A stretch of DNA of 64,000 bases, taken from assembly GCA_964019425.1 (NCBI GenBank), contig OZ025796.1, forward strand, positions 1,178,001 through 1,242,000, read 5' to 3'. Within the stretch, counting starts at the first letter, position 1, and each line of letters starts with the position of its first letter. The position numbers were made by a program, and so were the translations under genes. The DNA is from Flectonema sp. DT1601. Taxonomy: Eukaryota. The notes under the pieces are model-generated. The model was not told the origin of the DNA. It saw nothing but the letters and a program-made list of their open reading frames with translations, and ran no database searches. This document shows, piece after piece, positions 36,005-47,261 of this stretch.

Positions 36005-36958
36005 ATGTCGCTCCACGTTAAAACTCCTTATCTGAAATCTGTACAACTGTCAAAAGACAGTAACACTAACGTCTACTTAAAACTTGATGCCTTACAAGCA
36101 TCTGGTAGCTTCAAAGACAGAGGAATGCTGAGACTTTGTCAAGATTTTAAAGAGAAGGGAATAACAAGAGTTGTATCAAGCAGTGGAGGTAACGCTGGTA
36201 TCGCAGTAGCGTATAGTGGACAACGTTTGGGAATGAGTGTCCATGTCGTTGTACCAACGACTACTAAGCAAACGATGATTGATAAAATAGAAGGATTTGG
36301 AGCTACTGTTCAAGTACATGGTGATAATTGGAATGCCGCCAATACAGTGGCACAGAAAATGTGTGATGACCCAAAAACAGGATACGCTCATCCATTTGAT
36401 CATCCTTTAATATGGACTGGTCACTCTTCACTAATTGATGAAATCTGTGAACAGACAAAAGCGCAAAACCTTCCAAAACCAGATGCGATCATCTGTGTTG
36501 TTGGTGGTGGTGGATTACTAAGTGGCATATATGAAGGTCTTGAGAGAAACAACTGGACAGATACTGAAGTGATAGCAGTTGAGACTAATGGCGCTCAGTC
36601 ATTCAACAAGTCATTCGAGTCGGGTTCACTTCAATCGTTGTCTTCAATTGATTCGATCGCTACATCACTTGGAGCTTTACAAGTAGCTCCTGATGTTTTA
36701 TTGCGATCAAAGAAACATCCTAAAACTCATTCTCTTGTTGTTTCTGATTCTGAAGCCGTTTCTGCAATTTGCTCCTTTGCACTTCATCATCGAATTCTTG
36801 TTGAACCTGCTTGTGCTGCAGCCTTGTCTGTTGTTTATGGTGATTCTCACAGAGATTTTTTATCAAAATATGAAAACATCGCTGTTGTCGTTTGTGGTGG
36901 TAGCGGAGTCACACTAGATCTCATATCTCAGTGGAAAAAAACGTTCGATATTCAGTAA
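36005..36958 (+). CDS. SDS: PLP-dependent L-serine/threonine dehydratase
   Basis: LQASGSFKDRG, SSGGNAG, HPFDHP, VGGGGL, LVEPACAA and VCGGS. Confidence 0.92.
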   Translation: MSLHVKTPYLKSVQLSKDSNTNVYLKLDALQASGSFKDRGMLRLCQDFKEKGITRVVSSSGGNAGIAVAYSGQRLGMSVHVVVPTTTKQTMIDKIEGFGATVQVHGDNWNAANTVAQKMCDDPKTGYAHPFDHPLIWTGHSSLIDEICEQTKAQNLPKPDAIICVVGGGGLLSGIYEGLERNNWTDTEVIAVETNGAQSFNKSFESGSLQSLSSIDSIATSLGALQVAPDVLLRSKKHPKTHSLVVSDSEAVSAICSFALHHRILVEPACAAALSVVYGDSHRDFLSKYENIAVVVCGGSGVTLDLISQWKKTFDIQ

Positions 36959-37589
36959 GGGCCATCCCCTAACTGATATTTCTGTTTGATATTTTTATTT
37001 TTTTTATATTCCGAACGTTGTTTATCTCCGCAACGTCACGTGACATACGATGATGAATACTTTTAAGTTGTTAAACCACAATGAATACCACAATACCATA
37101 ATGAATATTTCACTTTATCTTCTATAGTCAGGCCTGTGACTCACTCTAAGGTTGCTAGGTTCCACTCGGAGATCAATCTGAAATACGTTCTTTGCTTTGC
37201 TTCGTCAGTCGCAAGCAAATATTATTTCCGGTTGTTATTTGAAAAAAATGAAAATTGAATTTTTTTTTTTTTTTTTTTCTCCTTCCCAACAGTTGTAGTT
37301 CAACGGGTGACGTTTGCGTATCTTACATGCGATGATTGGATTGTAGTGATCAAAGTCTGCTTTTCATTGATCCAACACAGAGCCTAGTGCGTTCTCCATC
37401 TCGGGGTGTTCGTCATTCCTCAGACAGTGCTGTCTTCTTAGTCGGGTTTATAATTACTTTTCCTTTTCTAGCTTTGTTAAAAAGAATCGTTTGAAGAAGT
37501 TCGTGTGTCAGCGCTGTCTTTACTTTGTGTTTTACTGCATGTCATCATCTAACTGTTTTTGATATTGTTATCGTTATTTTATTTTTTAA

Positions 37590-39329
37590 CCCATTAAGGA
37601 CGGGGGGTCCACTACAGTGGTTATTTTGAAATTTTATTTTCGCTAAGGGGAAAACCCGGCTAACGCTACCCAGGGGGGGTGTAATCGAGGCCGTTTCGCG
37701 ACGAATCTTGGGTGGGATGGCGTGGTTCGCTGTGTTTTTATTCATGAAATTCAAAACTAATAATCGAAATTTTACCACCTAACAAGAAGTTTCGTGTGCC
37801 TGTTGAAATTGATACAAGTTCGGCGTCCAATGAAGGTCTGATGATGATGGATTCTGTATCGGAGTCGTCATCTGACAGCAACACAGCAAAGGTATCAAAG
37901 TGGGGGGGGGCAAAACCAAGAGAATCCCCAGGAAAAAACGAAAAGGACCTACCCAGAGTGTGAGCGACTTTAATGAAATGAGCGAATTGTAGGCATCCAA
38001 CTCATTTTCACTGATCATGTGCTTAAGATGATATTTCGACACACTCTTACCTGCCCGATTGACAAAGAGACGTCCATGAAGTCACTAGAAGTTGGTGAAC
38101 TGAAATGCTTTCTCCGTAATTTCCACACTGCTAACAAACACATTCCTGCTTCTTATGTTCATAGTCTTGTTAAACCCCATAATAATAAAGGGCATTGGGT
38201 GACGTTTGACAATTTCAATTCGTCATACGCATTTCTTGTTTTGATGTTGGCGAAAGGGTTCCACTGTGTTGGAACAGCCTGACGGAACAGAAAGGGAGTT
38301 CTGTTGATGTTACAAAACCGAAGGCTACCCCTGGACCGGGACGACTAAGCAAATCGGAAGTGAAAGAAAGACCGAAGGATCTTACTGCTTCTTACCTTCA
38401 GTCAAGCACGGCATCCACCATATAAAGTGGAGAGACTCAAAGGATGTGCATCTTTTCAGTACTCTTCCCTTACGTAAGCACTGTGTCGATGTATATCGCT
38501 GGATTAGGAAGAGAAATAAAAAAGAGAAAGTGCCGATCAAACTACCGTGCAAGTAGACAGGTACACCAAGACGATGGGAGGTGTTAACCTGATGGATAGC
38601 GTGAAGGGAAGGGCGAACAGAAACCTTCAAACTAAACGATGGCATCTAAAGGTTTTCGACTACTTGCTGAAAGTTTCAATGTTCAACACGTTTACCCTTC
38701 AAAAGAAATGCGGTAAGGATACTGGTACCTACATACGGTATGTAGAGGAGCTCGCTATGCAACACGTCAGTGACGGGACGTCGAGAGACAAGACAACCAA
38801 TACTACATCTACTATTGACTCGGGTTCGCACTTTTCACACATGTTCAGCATCACTGAGCACTATTCATCAATATTTGGCGCTGCTAAACAATGTAAGTAT
38901 CACAATACTCGAGTGAGGACTACTTATGGATGCCAGGGGTGTAAGGTTTTTATGTGTCCTGCACCCTGTTTTGGCAAATACCACTTAAATCTTACAAAGG
39001 GGAGAACATTTGCGTCCCATACCACCACCTCTGTGTCGGGAGGTGCTATCCGGGAAGAATGTACTAAGGGGAAGACCCCTGCACTCACAACAACATCAAA
39101 ATTGAAGAGGCGCAGGGAGTCATAAGAACTGAGCTTATTTTTGTCTTTGGTGGTGTTTTCATTTGTTCTGTTCACCCTTTAGGTGGTGAATGTGTGTGTA
39201 TTTTTAACGGGCAGGCAATGGCGGTTCACTTTGTCACATCACCTTTCCGAGCCCCCCTACCCCTTTTCCCCGTTAGCTCTTTTTTCAAAAAAAGTCAAAA
39301 AACCGGGTTTTACCCCCGTCCGTAATGGG
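37590..39329 (+). mobile_element. piggyBac copy 3 (complete ends, decayed transposase)
   Basis: TTAA at 37586-37589 and 39330-39333; same TIRs and near-identical interior to copy 1. Confidence 0.96.
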
Positions 39330-39488
39330 TTAAAAAAAAAAAATTGTACCGACATGTTCGAAGAATTATTCTTTCTTTTTAGTGTGCTTTGTATTTTACC
39401 ATTCCACCCAATGCCAGCCTTTACAACAAAAAAAAAAAAAAAAAAAGAACCGAATGACTACATACCAATACCGGAAATAATTAATGGT

Positions 39489-41336
39489 ATGGCTGACTAT
39501 CAGGTAGAGCTTGGAACATGGGATTATATACTGTCGGCGACACTGTTGGCGTATGTCACTGGAGTGTCAATTCATGCATTACTGACTCAAGAATCGAACG
39601 TAACGAACTATTTATTAGCTGGAAAGAAAGCAAAATGGTGGGTTGTAGGCTGTAGTTTATTCAGTTACGGAACTGGTGTTGAATATATTGGAATGATGGT
39701 TTCTGATGGAGCGACAGTCGGAATCAGTGGAAGTATTGCCATGTGGGGATCGATACCTCCTTTGTTAGTTCTCGGATATATTCTTTATGGAGAATACGTC
39801 ACTGCTGATATAATAACGTTACCAACGTTCTTGTATAAATCATTTAATAAACAAGTCAGAGTTCTGTACACGTTCTTCTCACTGGTTTTATCTGTTACTA
39901 AAATAGCTGTTTCTCTTCATTATACTTCAGAGTTGTTGGAGGGGTTGTTGGGAATAAATCCGACTGCGTCGAAAATTATTTTTATAACATTCATTGAAGC
40001 CTACACGATGGTTGGAGGACTGCGAGCTATAATGTCAACAGAGGTAGTGCAAACAATCTTGTTGTTAATCTTGTCTAGCCTATTGATGAGCAACACGGTA
40101 TCAAAAGCTGGTGGCTACAACCGAATCAAACAAACACTTCCACAAAACTACACAAAACTAGTCCATTCTGGTTACGATAAAAACAGTCCTTGGCAAGGTT
40201 TATTATTTGGATTTCCGGTAGAGGCTCTTGTCCATTGGTGTTGTGATCAAGTCTTAACACAAAAAGCACTCGCATCAAAGAATGAATTCAACGCTAAAAT
40301 CGGATGTTGTTTATGTTGCATACTAAATATTATACCGCCTTTTTTATTTGTGTTATCAGGAATGGCTGTTAAAGCATCTTATCTTCAACAACCAGATCAC
40401 TTGGCAGTACCAGATCCGGATGATTCATTGATGTTTATTATTAGTACGCAAATGCCGTATGGATCTGTGGGAATATTTATAAGTGTTTTATTGTGCTCGT
40501 TGGTGACGTCGGTTGCTTCTGTTCTCACTGCGTGCAGTGCTATTGTGACTGTTGACGTTGTTGAAGCAAATATTATGATGTTTAAAAATTGTAGGGGAAG
40601 TAAAGGACAACAAATAAAAATTGCTTTAGGACGAGTGTCTTGTCTCTGTGTTGGATTGCTCGGACTCGGTTGGTCATTTGTACTTCCTGAACTTAATCGG
40701 CACATGGATCGTTATATGATGGATTCTAGTACGTTCTCAGCTGCTATCTTGACTGCATTTTTATGTGCATTTTCGTTTGCGTCGCTTTATCAGATTAAGT
40801 CGTATTCGATTTCTATTATTTTATTTATTGGGATCCTGTTGGGTTCGTTGAGAATTACACTCGTTGGAATGGAAGAGTCAACACCCAAAGAGTTGGAATG
40901 GTACAGAGATGTGAATCACTATTCTCTTACAGCAGTGTTGTTTGTTGCTTTTTTGGGTATTGTATTTTTACTAAATAAAATAAGAATGTCAAGTAGTTGG
41001 AATATTATGCACATGTCTCAACTGACTAGTGTGAGATCAGTTGTCGGGAGTGTCGTTGGCTCAACAGATTCAGATGACGAGTTGGATTCTGATAATGGAG
41101 GAACTCCGTTAGCTCCGCCTGACTGTAGTCATTCTGACTATGGAAGTACTTATCAGGCTACACTTGCGTACGGAGGTGATACTGATCAAGCAAATGATCA
41201 CACTTGCGCTGCTACTACTGTTGCAGACTCCGACTACTCTCCTCAACATCTTGACGTCAACTCAGCCAGAATCGCAAACGCACTGGCTGCGCTTTGTTTC
41301 TTCGCATTTCTGGCTCTTGTTATTATCTGGTTTTGA
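39489..41336 (+). CDS. Sodium:solute symporter (SLC5/SSS family)
   Basis: NYLLAGKKAKWWVVGCSLF, YTMVGGLRAIMSTEVVQ, WCCDQVLTQKALAS and many TM segments. The ORF-track 5' extension is piggyBac and A-tract sequence. Confidence 0.9.
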   Translation: MADYQVELGTWDYILSATLLAYVTGVSIHALLTQESNVTNYLLAGKKAKWWVVGCSLFSYGTGVEYIGMMVSDGATVGISGSIAMWGSIPPLLVLGYILYGEYVTADIITLPTFLYKSFNKQVRVLYTFFSLVLSVTKIAVSLHYTSELLEGLLGINPTASKIIFITFIEAYTMVGGLRAIMSTEVVQTILLLILSSLLMSNTVSKAGGYNRIKQTLPQNYTKLVHSGYDKNSPWQGLLFGFPVEALVHWCCDQVLTQKALASKNEFNAKIGCCLCCILNIIPPFLFVLSGMAVKASYLQQPDHLAVPDPDDSLMFIISTQMPYGSVGIFISVLLCSLVTSVASVLTACSAIVTVDVVEANIMMFKNCRGSKGQQIKIALGRVSCLCVGLLGLGWSFVLPELNRHMDRYMMDSSTFSAAILTAFLCAFSFASLYQIKSYSISIILFIGILLGSLRITLVGMEESTPKELEWYRDVNHYSLTAVLFVAFLGIVFLLNKIRMSSSWNIMHMSQLTSVRSVVGSVVGSTDSDDELDSDNGGTPLAPPDCSHSDYGSTYQATLAYGGDTDQANDHTCAATTVADSDYSPQHLDVNSARIANALAALCFFAFLALVIIWF

Positions 41337-42482
41337 ACTATTCAGTAATGGTTTATATTTGGGAATAGGGTTTTTCCTCAAACATCAGCACAGGCAGTGA
41401 TTTCCTTCAGTGAAAATGAAGGAAAATTGTCTTTGTTGTTTGTCCATATATTATAACATTTTATTTTCTACAGTCTTTTTGTTATTGTGTTGATTCGCTC
41501 TGTTTTTTTTTTTCCTTCTTTTTCTTTCTTCCCCCTTTTTTGATTCTTAATGCGGAGTTCTTGGTGGCTCAGCGGAAAGATAAGAAACCTGCCTTTGCGA
41601 TTTCAAATTGTTTTTGTTTTTTTGTTATTGTTGTCCATAAAATAATGTTCTATTTTTTTTTGAAAACTGTTATTTTTTATTGCAAGTCTGAATGAATGAC
41701 AGTTTCGTACAAATAAAAAGTAGTGAGTTTTTTTTATTGTTTTTCTGATTGCAAATGGACATTCTTCCACATTACTTCAATGTTTCAAACGCAACCCAGA
41801 GAACTCAATTCAGCTTGACTGTTAGATTTTTGCGCACAAGCAAAATCACGTAGTCCCCTCCCTTCTTTCACCTTTCATTCATCCTGTGTGTTGAAAACGT
41901 GTGTACGTGTAGGGTGTTGTCTAAGTGTTGGAACGCCTTTCAAGATTCGAAAAGCACTGTTAGTAAGTTCAACCTCAGAGGTCTTAATAAATAAGTTGCC
42001 ACTATCATCTTGTAATTGTGAATGGACTATATAAAAAAGGAATGGAAAGGGGAAAAAAAAAAAAAAATATAGAAAAATGAAAAAAGGTCAAACTGGTACT
42101 TCGTAATTGGATTTGTTTTTATGTTTTGTTTGGACCACTTTCAGCTTCAGTTCTGGTGGTGGAAGTGTTTTGCGGGTCTTCTGAGTTTGTAGAATGTGAT
42201 TATTTAACGTAAAGTAAAACAGCTATTCTTTTAAACATCGAGAAACAACATAATAATAAGTGATTTGATGCTTCACTCTAGTGTGGTTGCGTTATCTTAA
42301 TTATATTAACTTGTCGCCCCCTAAAACAGGGAAAACCCAACCCCCTACACAAACACATTACACAGTCACTTTGATGACGTTTTTAAAACCTTCTGCTCCT
42401 CATGTCGGGGGACCAGGCTGTCATAAAGTAGGTACGAAGACTGCTGCCAGCAGGTATGTTGTCAACATTACTTTTATATAAA

Positions 42483-42546
42483 ACACGTGAATCAAGCCCT
42501 GCGCTGCTAATACTGCGGGGTAGGGTGTAGTACATGTGTGAGATAC
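42483..42546 (+). ncRNA. Candidate single-hairpin H/ACA-like (AGA-box) guide snoRNA, copy 1
   Basis: Lower stem ACACGTG/CATGTGT, pocket AATCAA/GTAGTA, upper stem GCCCTGC/GTAGGGT, AGA box 14 nt below the upper stem. Confidence 0.6.
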
Positions 42547-42635
42547 CGGCAACGACGCGGAACATAAGGGTAATAGTAAGTGGTACTATGAATAACAAGG
42601 AAAAGAATTCTTGAGCGCAGACTAGTTACTGTTTA

Positions 42636-42699
42636 ACACATGAATCAAGCCCTGCGCTGCTTATACTGCGGGGTAGGGTGTAGTACATGTGTGAGATAT
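42636..42699 (+). ncRNA. Candidate single-hairpin H/ACA-like (AGA-box) guide snoRNA, copy 2
   Basis: Direct repeat of 42483-42546. Differences are one G-U to A-U stem change, one apical loop base and the tail. Confidence 0.6.
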
Positions 42700-43352
42700 C
42701 TTCCGATCAATCTTGAAGACTACTTTTGAGATGAGCAAACAAACAACCAAACAAAACACAGAATGGCGTCGCATGGTTTCTCAGACGTGGCAGGACCGAT
42801 TGGATTCCCTGCTATTCACGATCCAAGTTGGTGGGCAGGAGAGCCTGTTAACATGGAGCCACTCCGTGGGCTTCCATCTATGGTCGGAAAGTAAACCGAT
42901 TGCCTTAATATATCCGTAAGGAGATTGACAGTAGAGTCTTTGGTGATGACAAAGTAATAATAAAAACAAAAACAAAACAAAAAGAGATTAACGAAAATTC
43001 AAAATAATGAAATAAATTGAATGAAAAAAAAAAAAAAAAGAAAGCAAGCAATGGCACCCACAGAAGTAGGATAGTTTTCTATGGGAAAAAGAATACTAAT
43101 TTCCTCTGTCTGAATTAAAGTGCCATTCCTTTTTTTGTTTTTTTTTTGACACACACTTACCAGTTTTTTATTGATTGTTATTACTATTTGAAAGCAGCCT
43201 GAACTCTTCTTTCCCCCCCCACTTGAGCTTGAAAATACAGTATCAAATTACCCCCACTCATGAGAAGCTCCGGTGACATTATTTATTTATTGCAGTTTAC
43301 TTGACTTCACTTTTTCTTATTTCTATTATTTTTTTTCCAGTGCTTCCTTACA

Positions 43353-45629
43353 ATGCCGAGCAAACAGCTAAGCATCGCATCGATGTTCCGAAAGGCATCA
43401 AAGACATCAAAGAAACAGGAAGAATCGCAACCAGTAGAACCAAAGAAATGTTCTGAAAAGACGAAAGACCGCCCTGACGATGATATCAATGACAGGAATA
43501 TTAAAAGGCCACACACAAGTGAACCTTTTCAACAAAAGGAAGTAGTTGCTGAAGAGCCTAAGAAGGAAATTCCAGAAGAAAAATATCAGTTGAATAAAAT
43601 ATTCTCAGAACCGCTACCCAGCTACTTGGATGTTGAAGAGATTGATGAGGATAAGCTACCTGTCGCACTGACACATGCAAAGTTGATTTTAGAAGTAGAG
43701 CCTCAAAAGAAGACCTGGAAAGACAATGAAAATGTTCCTTACATGTATCTTTGTGATGCTCTTGTAGAAATATCTGCCATCGGATCGAGACTGGAAGTGT
43801 CAACACTCATGACAAGTTGCTTTTATGGAATTCTTGTTTATTCTCCAACAACTCTTTTACACACAGCTTACTTAGCATTGAATAAGTTAGCTCCAGAAGT
43901 AGAAGGTGTTGAACTTGGAATTGGTGATGCTTTCTTAATGAAATGTATTGCTGCTGGTACTGGTTTATCTCTTCAAAGAGTTCGAGAGAAATATAAAACC
44001 CTTGGTGACCTTGCTGAACTAACTCAAAACAGTAAAATAAATCAAACATTTTTAGTTCAACCACAACGACTTACAATTCACAGTGTTTTTAACATGTTGA
44101 GACAAGTGGCTGATATGAGTGGAAAGGATGTGCAAAAGAGACGGACTGACCTAATTTGTAAGTCTCTCAGATCAGCCAAACCAGTTGAGTCAAATTTCAT
44201 AGTCAGATCTCTGCAAGGTAAAATGAGACTTGGATTGGCTCTGAATACTATAATGATGTCATTAGCACACGCATTCCTACTACATGAATTTCCCAAAAAA
44301 GATTTAAAGAAAATGGGACCAGCACAGTTGCAATGGTTGCTAAACAGTTCATCTGACAGAATGAAGCAAAGTTTTAATGAAATGCCTTCTTTTGACATAC
44401 TAATTCCAGCCTTATTAAAGGATGGACTTAGAGCTCTTCAGAATGTCACATTAAGACTAAACCTACCAGTCAAACCTATGCTTGCAAAACCAATGAAGGA
44501 TGTTAAACTCGTTCTTAAACGTTTCACTGATGGTGATTTCTTATGTGAGTATAAATATGATGGTGAGAGAGCACAGATACACTATTCAAAGCATCCAGAA
44601 ACAGGTTTGGAAAAGGTAGAAATTTTCAGCAGAAATAGTGAACATCACACAACTAAATATCCAGATGTGATCAAAATGTTAAAAGAGAATGGTTCCATCA
44701 AGGAGCAAACTACTTCTTTTATTGTTGACTCAGAGATTGTCGCGTTTGATACCGAAGAAAGAAAGATTCTTCCTTTTCAAGTTTTACAAGGAAGAGCACG
44801 CAAAGACGTTGCGATAGAAAATGTAAAAGTAAAAGTATGTGTGTATGCCTTCGATATCTTGTATCTTAACGGCGAAGTCCTTCTTCACAAGACTCTTAAG
44901 GAGCGTAAATCTCATCTTCATGAAGCTTTCAATGAAGCAGAAGGAGATTTTCAATTTGCTACTGGAAGGGAATGCAGTGATCAAGAAACAATTGAAACCT
45001 TCTTAGCAGATTCTATAAAACATTCATGTGAAGGTCTGATGGTGAAAACTTTGGTTAAAAATTCACAATACACACCTTCTCGAAGGACTTTCAATTGGTT
45101 AAAACTAAAAAAAGACTATTTAGAAGGTGTGGGAGATTCTGTGGACTTGGTACCAATCGCAGCATGGCATGGAAAGGGAAAGCGAACTGGAACATACAGC
45201 GCTTACTTGTTGGCATGCTTCGAACCTGACTCTGACATGTACCAAGCTGTGTGTAAAGTTGGAACTGGATTTAAGGATGAGGACTTGGTTTCTCTAACCG
45301 AAAAGCTTATTGAGCACGAAATCCCAAAACCGAACTCCAACTACACCTCATTCCCAGCAGGCGGAGATTCCCCTGATGTGTGGCTTAACAATGTCACTGT
45401 TTGGGAAGTGAAGGCAGCTGATCTTTCAATTTCACCAAAATATCCAGCAGCTGCTGGGCTTGTAGACAGTGTCAAAGGAATAGCTCTGAGATTTCCTCGT
45501 TTTATTCGTGTTCGCGATGATAAGGGAACTACAGACGCAACAAGCGCCCACCAAATTGCTGATCTTTATCGTCAGCAATTTGCCAGTGATGAACCTGAGA
45601 AGGCTGATGACAGTGATGATGACTATTAA
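43353..45629 (+). CDS. LIG1: DNA ligase I
   Basis: N-terminal PIP box KQLSIASMF, KPMLAKP, active site EYKYDGERAQIH, EGLMVK, WLKLKKDY and LRFPRF. Confidence 0.97.
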   Translation: MPSKQLSIASMFRKASKTSKKQEESQPVEPKKCSEKTKDRPDDDINDRNIKRPHTSEPFQQKEVVAEEPKKEIPEEKYQLNKIFSEPLPSYLDVEEIDEDKLPVALTHAKLILEVEPQKKTWKDNENVPYMYLCDALVEISAIGSRLEVSTLMTSCFYGILVYSPTTLLHTAYLALNKLAPEVEGVELGIGDAFLMKCIAAGTGLSLQRVREKYKTLGDLAELTQNSKINQTFLVQPQRLTIHSVFNMLRQVADMSGKDVQKRRTDLICKSLRSAKPVESNFIVRSLQGKMRLGLALNTIMMSLAHAFLLHEFPKKDLKKMGPAQLQWLLNSSSDRMKQSFNEMPSFDILIPALLKDGLRALQNVTLRLNLPVKPMLAKPMKDVKLVLKRFTDGDFLCEYKYDGERAQIHYSKHPETGLEKVEIFSRNSEHHTTKYPDVIKMLKENGSIKEQTTSFIVDSEIVAFDTEERKILPFQVLQGRARKDVAIENVKVKVCVYAFDILYLNGEVLLHKTLKERKSHLHEAFNEAEGDFQFATGRECSDQETIETFLADSIKHSCEGLMVKTLVKNSQYTPSRRTFNWLKLKKDYLEGVGDSVDLVPIAAWHGKGKRTGTYSAYLLACFEPDSDMYQAVCKVGTGFKDEDLVSLTEKLIEHEIPKPNSNYTSFPAGGDSPDVWLNNVTVWEVKAADLSISPKYPAAAGLVDSVKGIALRFPRFIRVRDDKGTTDATSAHQIADLYRQQFASDEPEKADDSDDDY

Positions 45630-45819
45630 AAATTTTCATAGTCATGCTCAAAATGTAGCACGATTTTCGGTTGATATTCAGCATTGTTTTCAACAATGCG
45701 TTGCCAATCAGTCAGCCGCGATCGCTGTTGTATGATTTGAACAGCCACAGTAATGAAACCGCGTTCTCAAATCCGCAAATGGGTAACTGTAAACATCTTT
45801 GAGTAAGGAAATTAAAAAG

Positions 45820-45901
45820 TGACGAGAGTGGGGTTTGAACCCACGCATCCGAAGATATTGCGGCCTAAACGCAACGCCTTAGACCGCTCGGCCATCTCGC
45901 C
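45820..45901 (-). tRNA. trnL: tRNA-Leu(UAG)
   Basis: Reverse complement GGCGAGATGGCCGAGCGGTCTAAGGCGTTGCGTTTAGGCCGCAATATCTTCGGATGCGTGGGTTCAAACCCCACTCTCGTCA folds as a cloverleaf with a long variable arm; T-run terminator follows. Confidence 0.96.
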
Positions 45902-46121
45902 ATGCCGGTTACAAAAAATATTAAGTTTGTCAGAGGTCTAATTAATTTAGACGTTTAGATTTTTATTTTTTTCGAATGCCTGTTTATTTATTCTGCAATC
46001 TCGCACAACGGTGGATTGACAGCTTAAGACAGCAAAAAATTTTACCTTATTCTGCATGTTTAGTATTCGTTCAAGACATTCAGCTTCAGTGTTACAGTAT
46101 CACTTTACTTTATCAGTTGTT

Positions 46122-47261
46122 ATGACAATCACAATATTCGCTGTGGATTTTGCCGGAAATGTAACACCTGTCGACATAGGATTGGAAACAACTGTTGCCG
46201 ATGTGAAACAGCAGATCTACGATGGAGAGACTGATGACACCCTAAGCGATCTTATATATTGTGGTGAGGTATTGCCTGATAATAATCCACTGATGGAGTT
46301 TGGGACAGCACAAGGTGATGAGATAGAAGTAATGCCCACCAGGAAGTGTATCGCTCTTAAAGAATTGAGAAGTAAAGGAAAAGACGCAACGATAGCAAAT
46401 CTGATTTCCGAAATTGGAAATGATGGTGAATTGATAACGTCATATCTAGATGCTGGCATAGCGATCAATGGAGTTGACAAACAAGGCAAGACTGCACTGA
46501 TTGCTGCATGTGAATCAGCCTCTATTGACGTTGTGAAGTTACTGCTAAGTAGAGGAGCTGATGTCAATCCTGAGCCAGTTCGATATGTTCTCCCTCCTCT
46601 TCTCTGTGCTGTTTTAACAGATGACAGCAGGCGAATAGAACTTTTAAACCTGCTGATTTCAAAAGGTTCTAATTTAGACATCACCGATACCTTTGGAGGT
46701 ACTGCTCTTCACTATGCCTCAGTTGAGAGGAGTTTCGATGTTATCAAATTGCTTCTCGACAATGGAGCAAACCCTTCTACTCGAGACAATGATGGTTGCA
46801 CTCCTCTACATTATGCTGCATACTACAGTTGTATTCGTTGTGTTAAAGCTCTTGTTAGCCGAAGTAGAAAAGGATTAACAATATGTGATTCGAATGGTAA
46901 TACTCCTTTACATGTTGCCGCAAGTAGTGAAGGACTTTGTCAATTTGAGATAGTTGAGTATTTTATTTTAATGGGATCAGACCATAGCAAACGAAATAAA
47001 TGTGGCCTCTCACCAATTATGTTATCGATATCTCAGGCAGCTCCATCAATCATAAGCTATTTGTTACGTTGTAGTGGTACCAACATCAATACACAGTTTT
47101 ATAATGGTTGGTATCCAATTCACTACGCTATAAAGAGAGGTGATTCTCGTATTGTTAACATACTTATAAGTGCGGGTGCAGATGTTAATGTTATCAATAA
47201 AAGAGGTGACACTCCCTTAGACATGTTGTTGAAGAAGCGAGCAGTGTTGACCTTCGCATAA
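46122..47261 (+). CDS. Ubiquitin-like domain + ankyrin repeat protein
   Basis: N-terminal TVADVKQQI...LIYCGEVL (Ubl-like) and about 7 ankyrin repeats (GKTALIAA, GGTALHYA, GCTPLHYA, GNTPLHVA, GWYPIHYA). Confidence 0.9.
   Translation: MTITIFAVDFAGNVTPVDIGLETTVADVKQQIYDGETDDTLSDLIYCGEVLPDNNPLMEFGTAQGDEIEVMPTRKCIALKELRSKGKDATIANLISEIGNDGELITSYLDAGIAINGVDKQGKTALIAACESASIDVVKLLLSRGADVNPEPVRYVLPPLLCAVLTDDSRRIELLNLLISKGSNLDITDTFGGTALHYASVERSFDVIKLLLDNGANPSTRDNDGCTPLHYAAYYSCIRCVKALVSRSRKGLTICDSNGNTPLHVAASSEGLCQFEIVEYFILMGSDHSKRNKCGLSPIMLSISQAAPSIISYLLRCSGTNINTQFYNGWYPIHYAIKRGDSRIVNILISAGADVNVINKRGDTPLDMLLKKRAVLTFA

Noticed and set aside
39183..39488. 102-aa N-terminal extension of the SLC5 ORF
   Set aside because: Derived from the piggyBac end and a poly-A tract; family similarity starts near ATG 39489.
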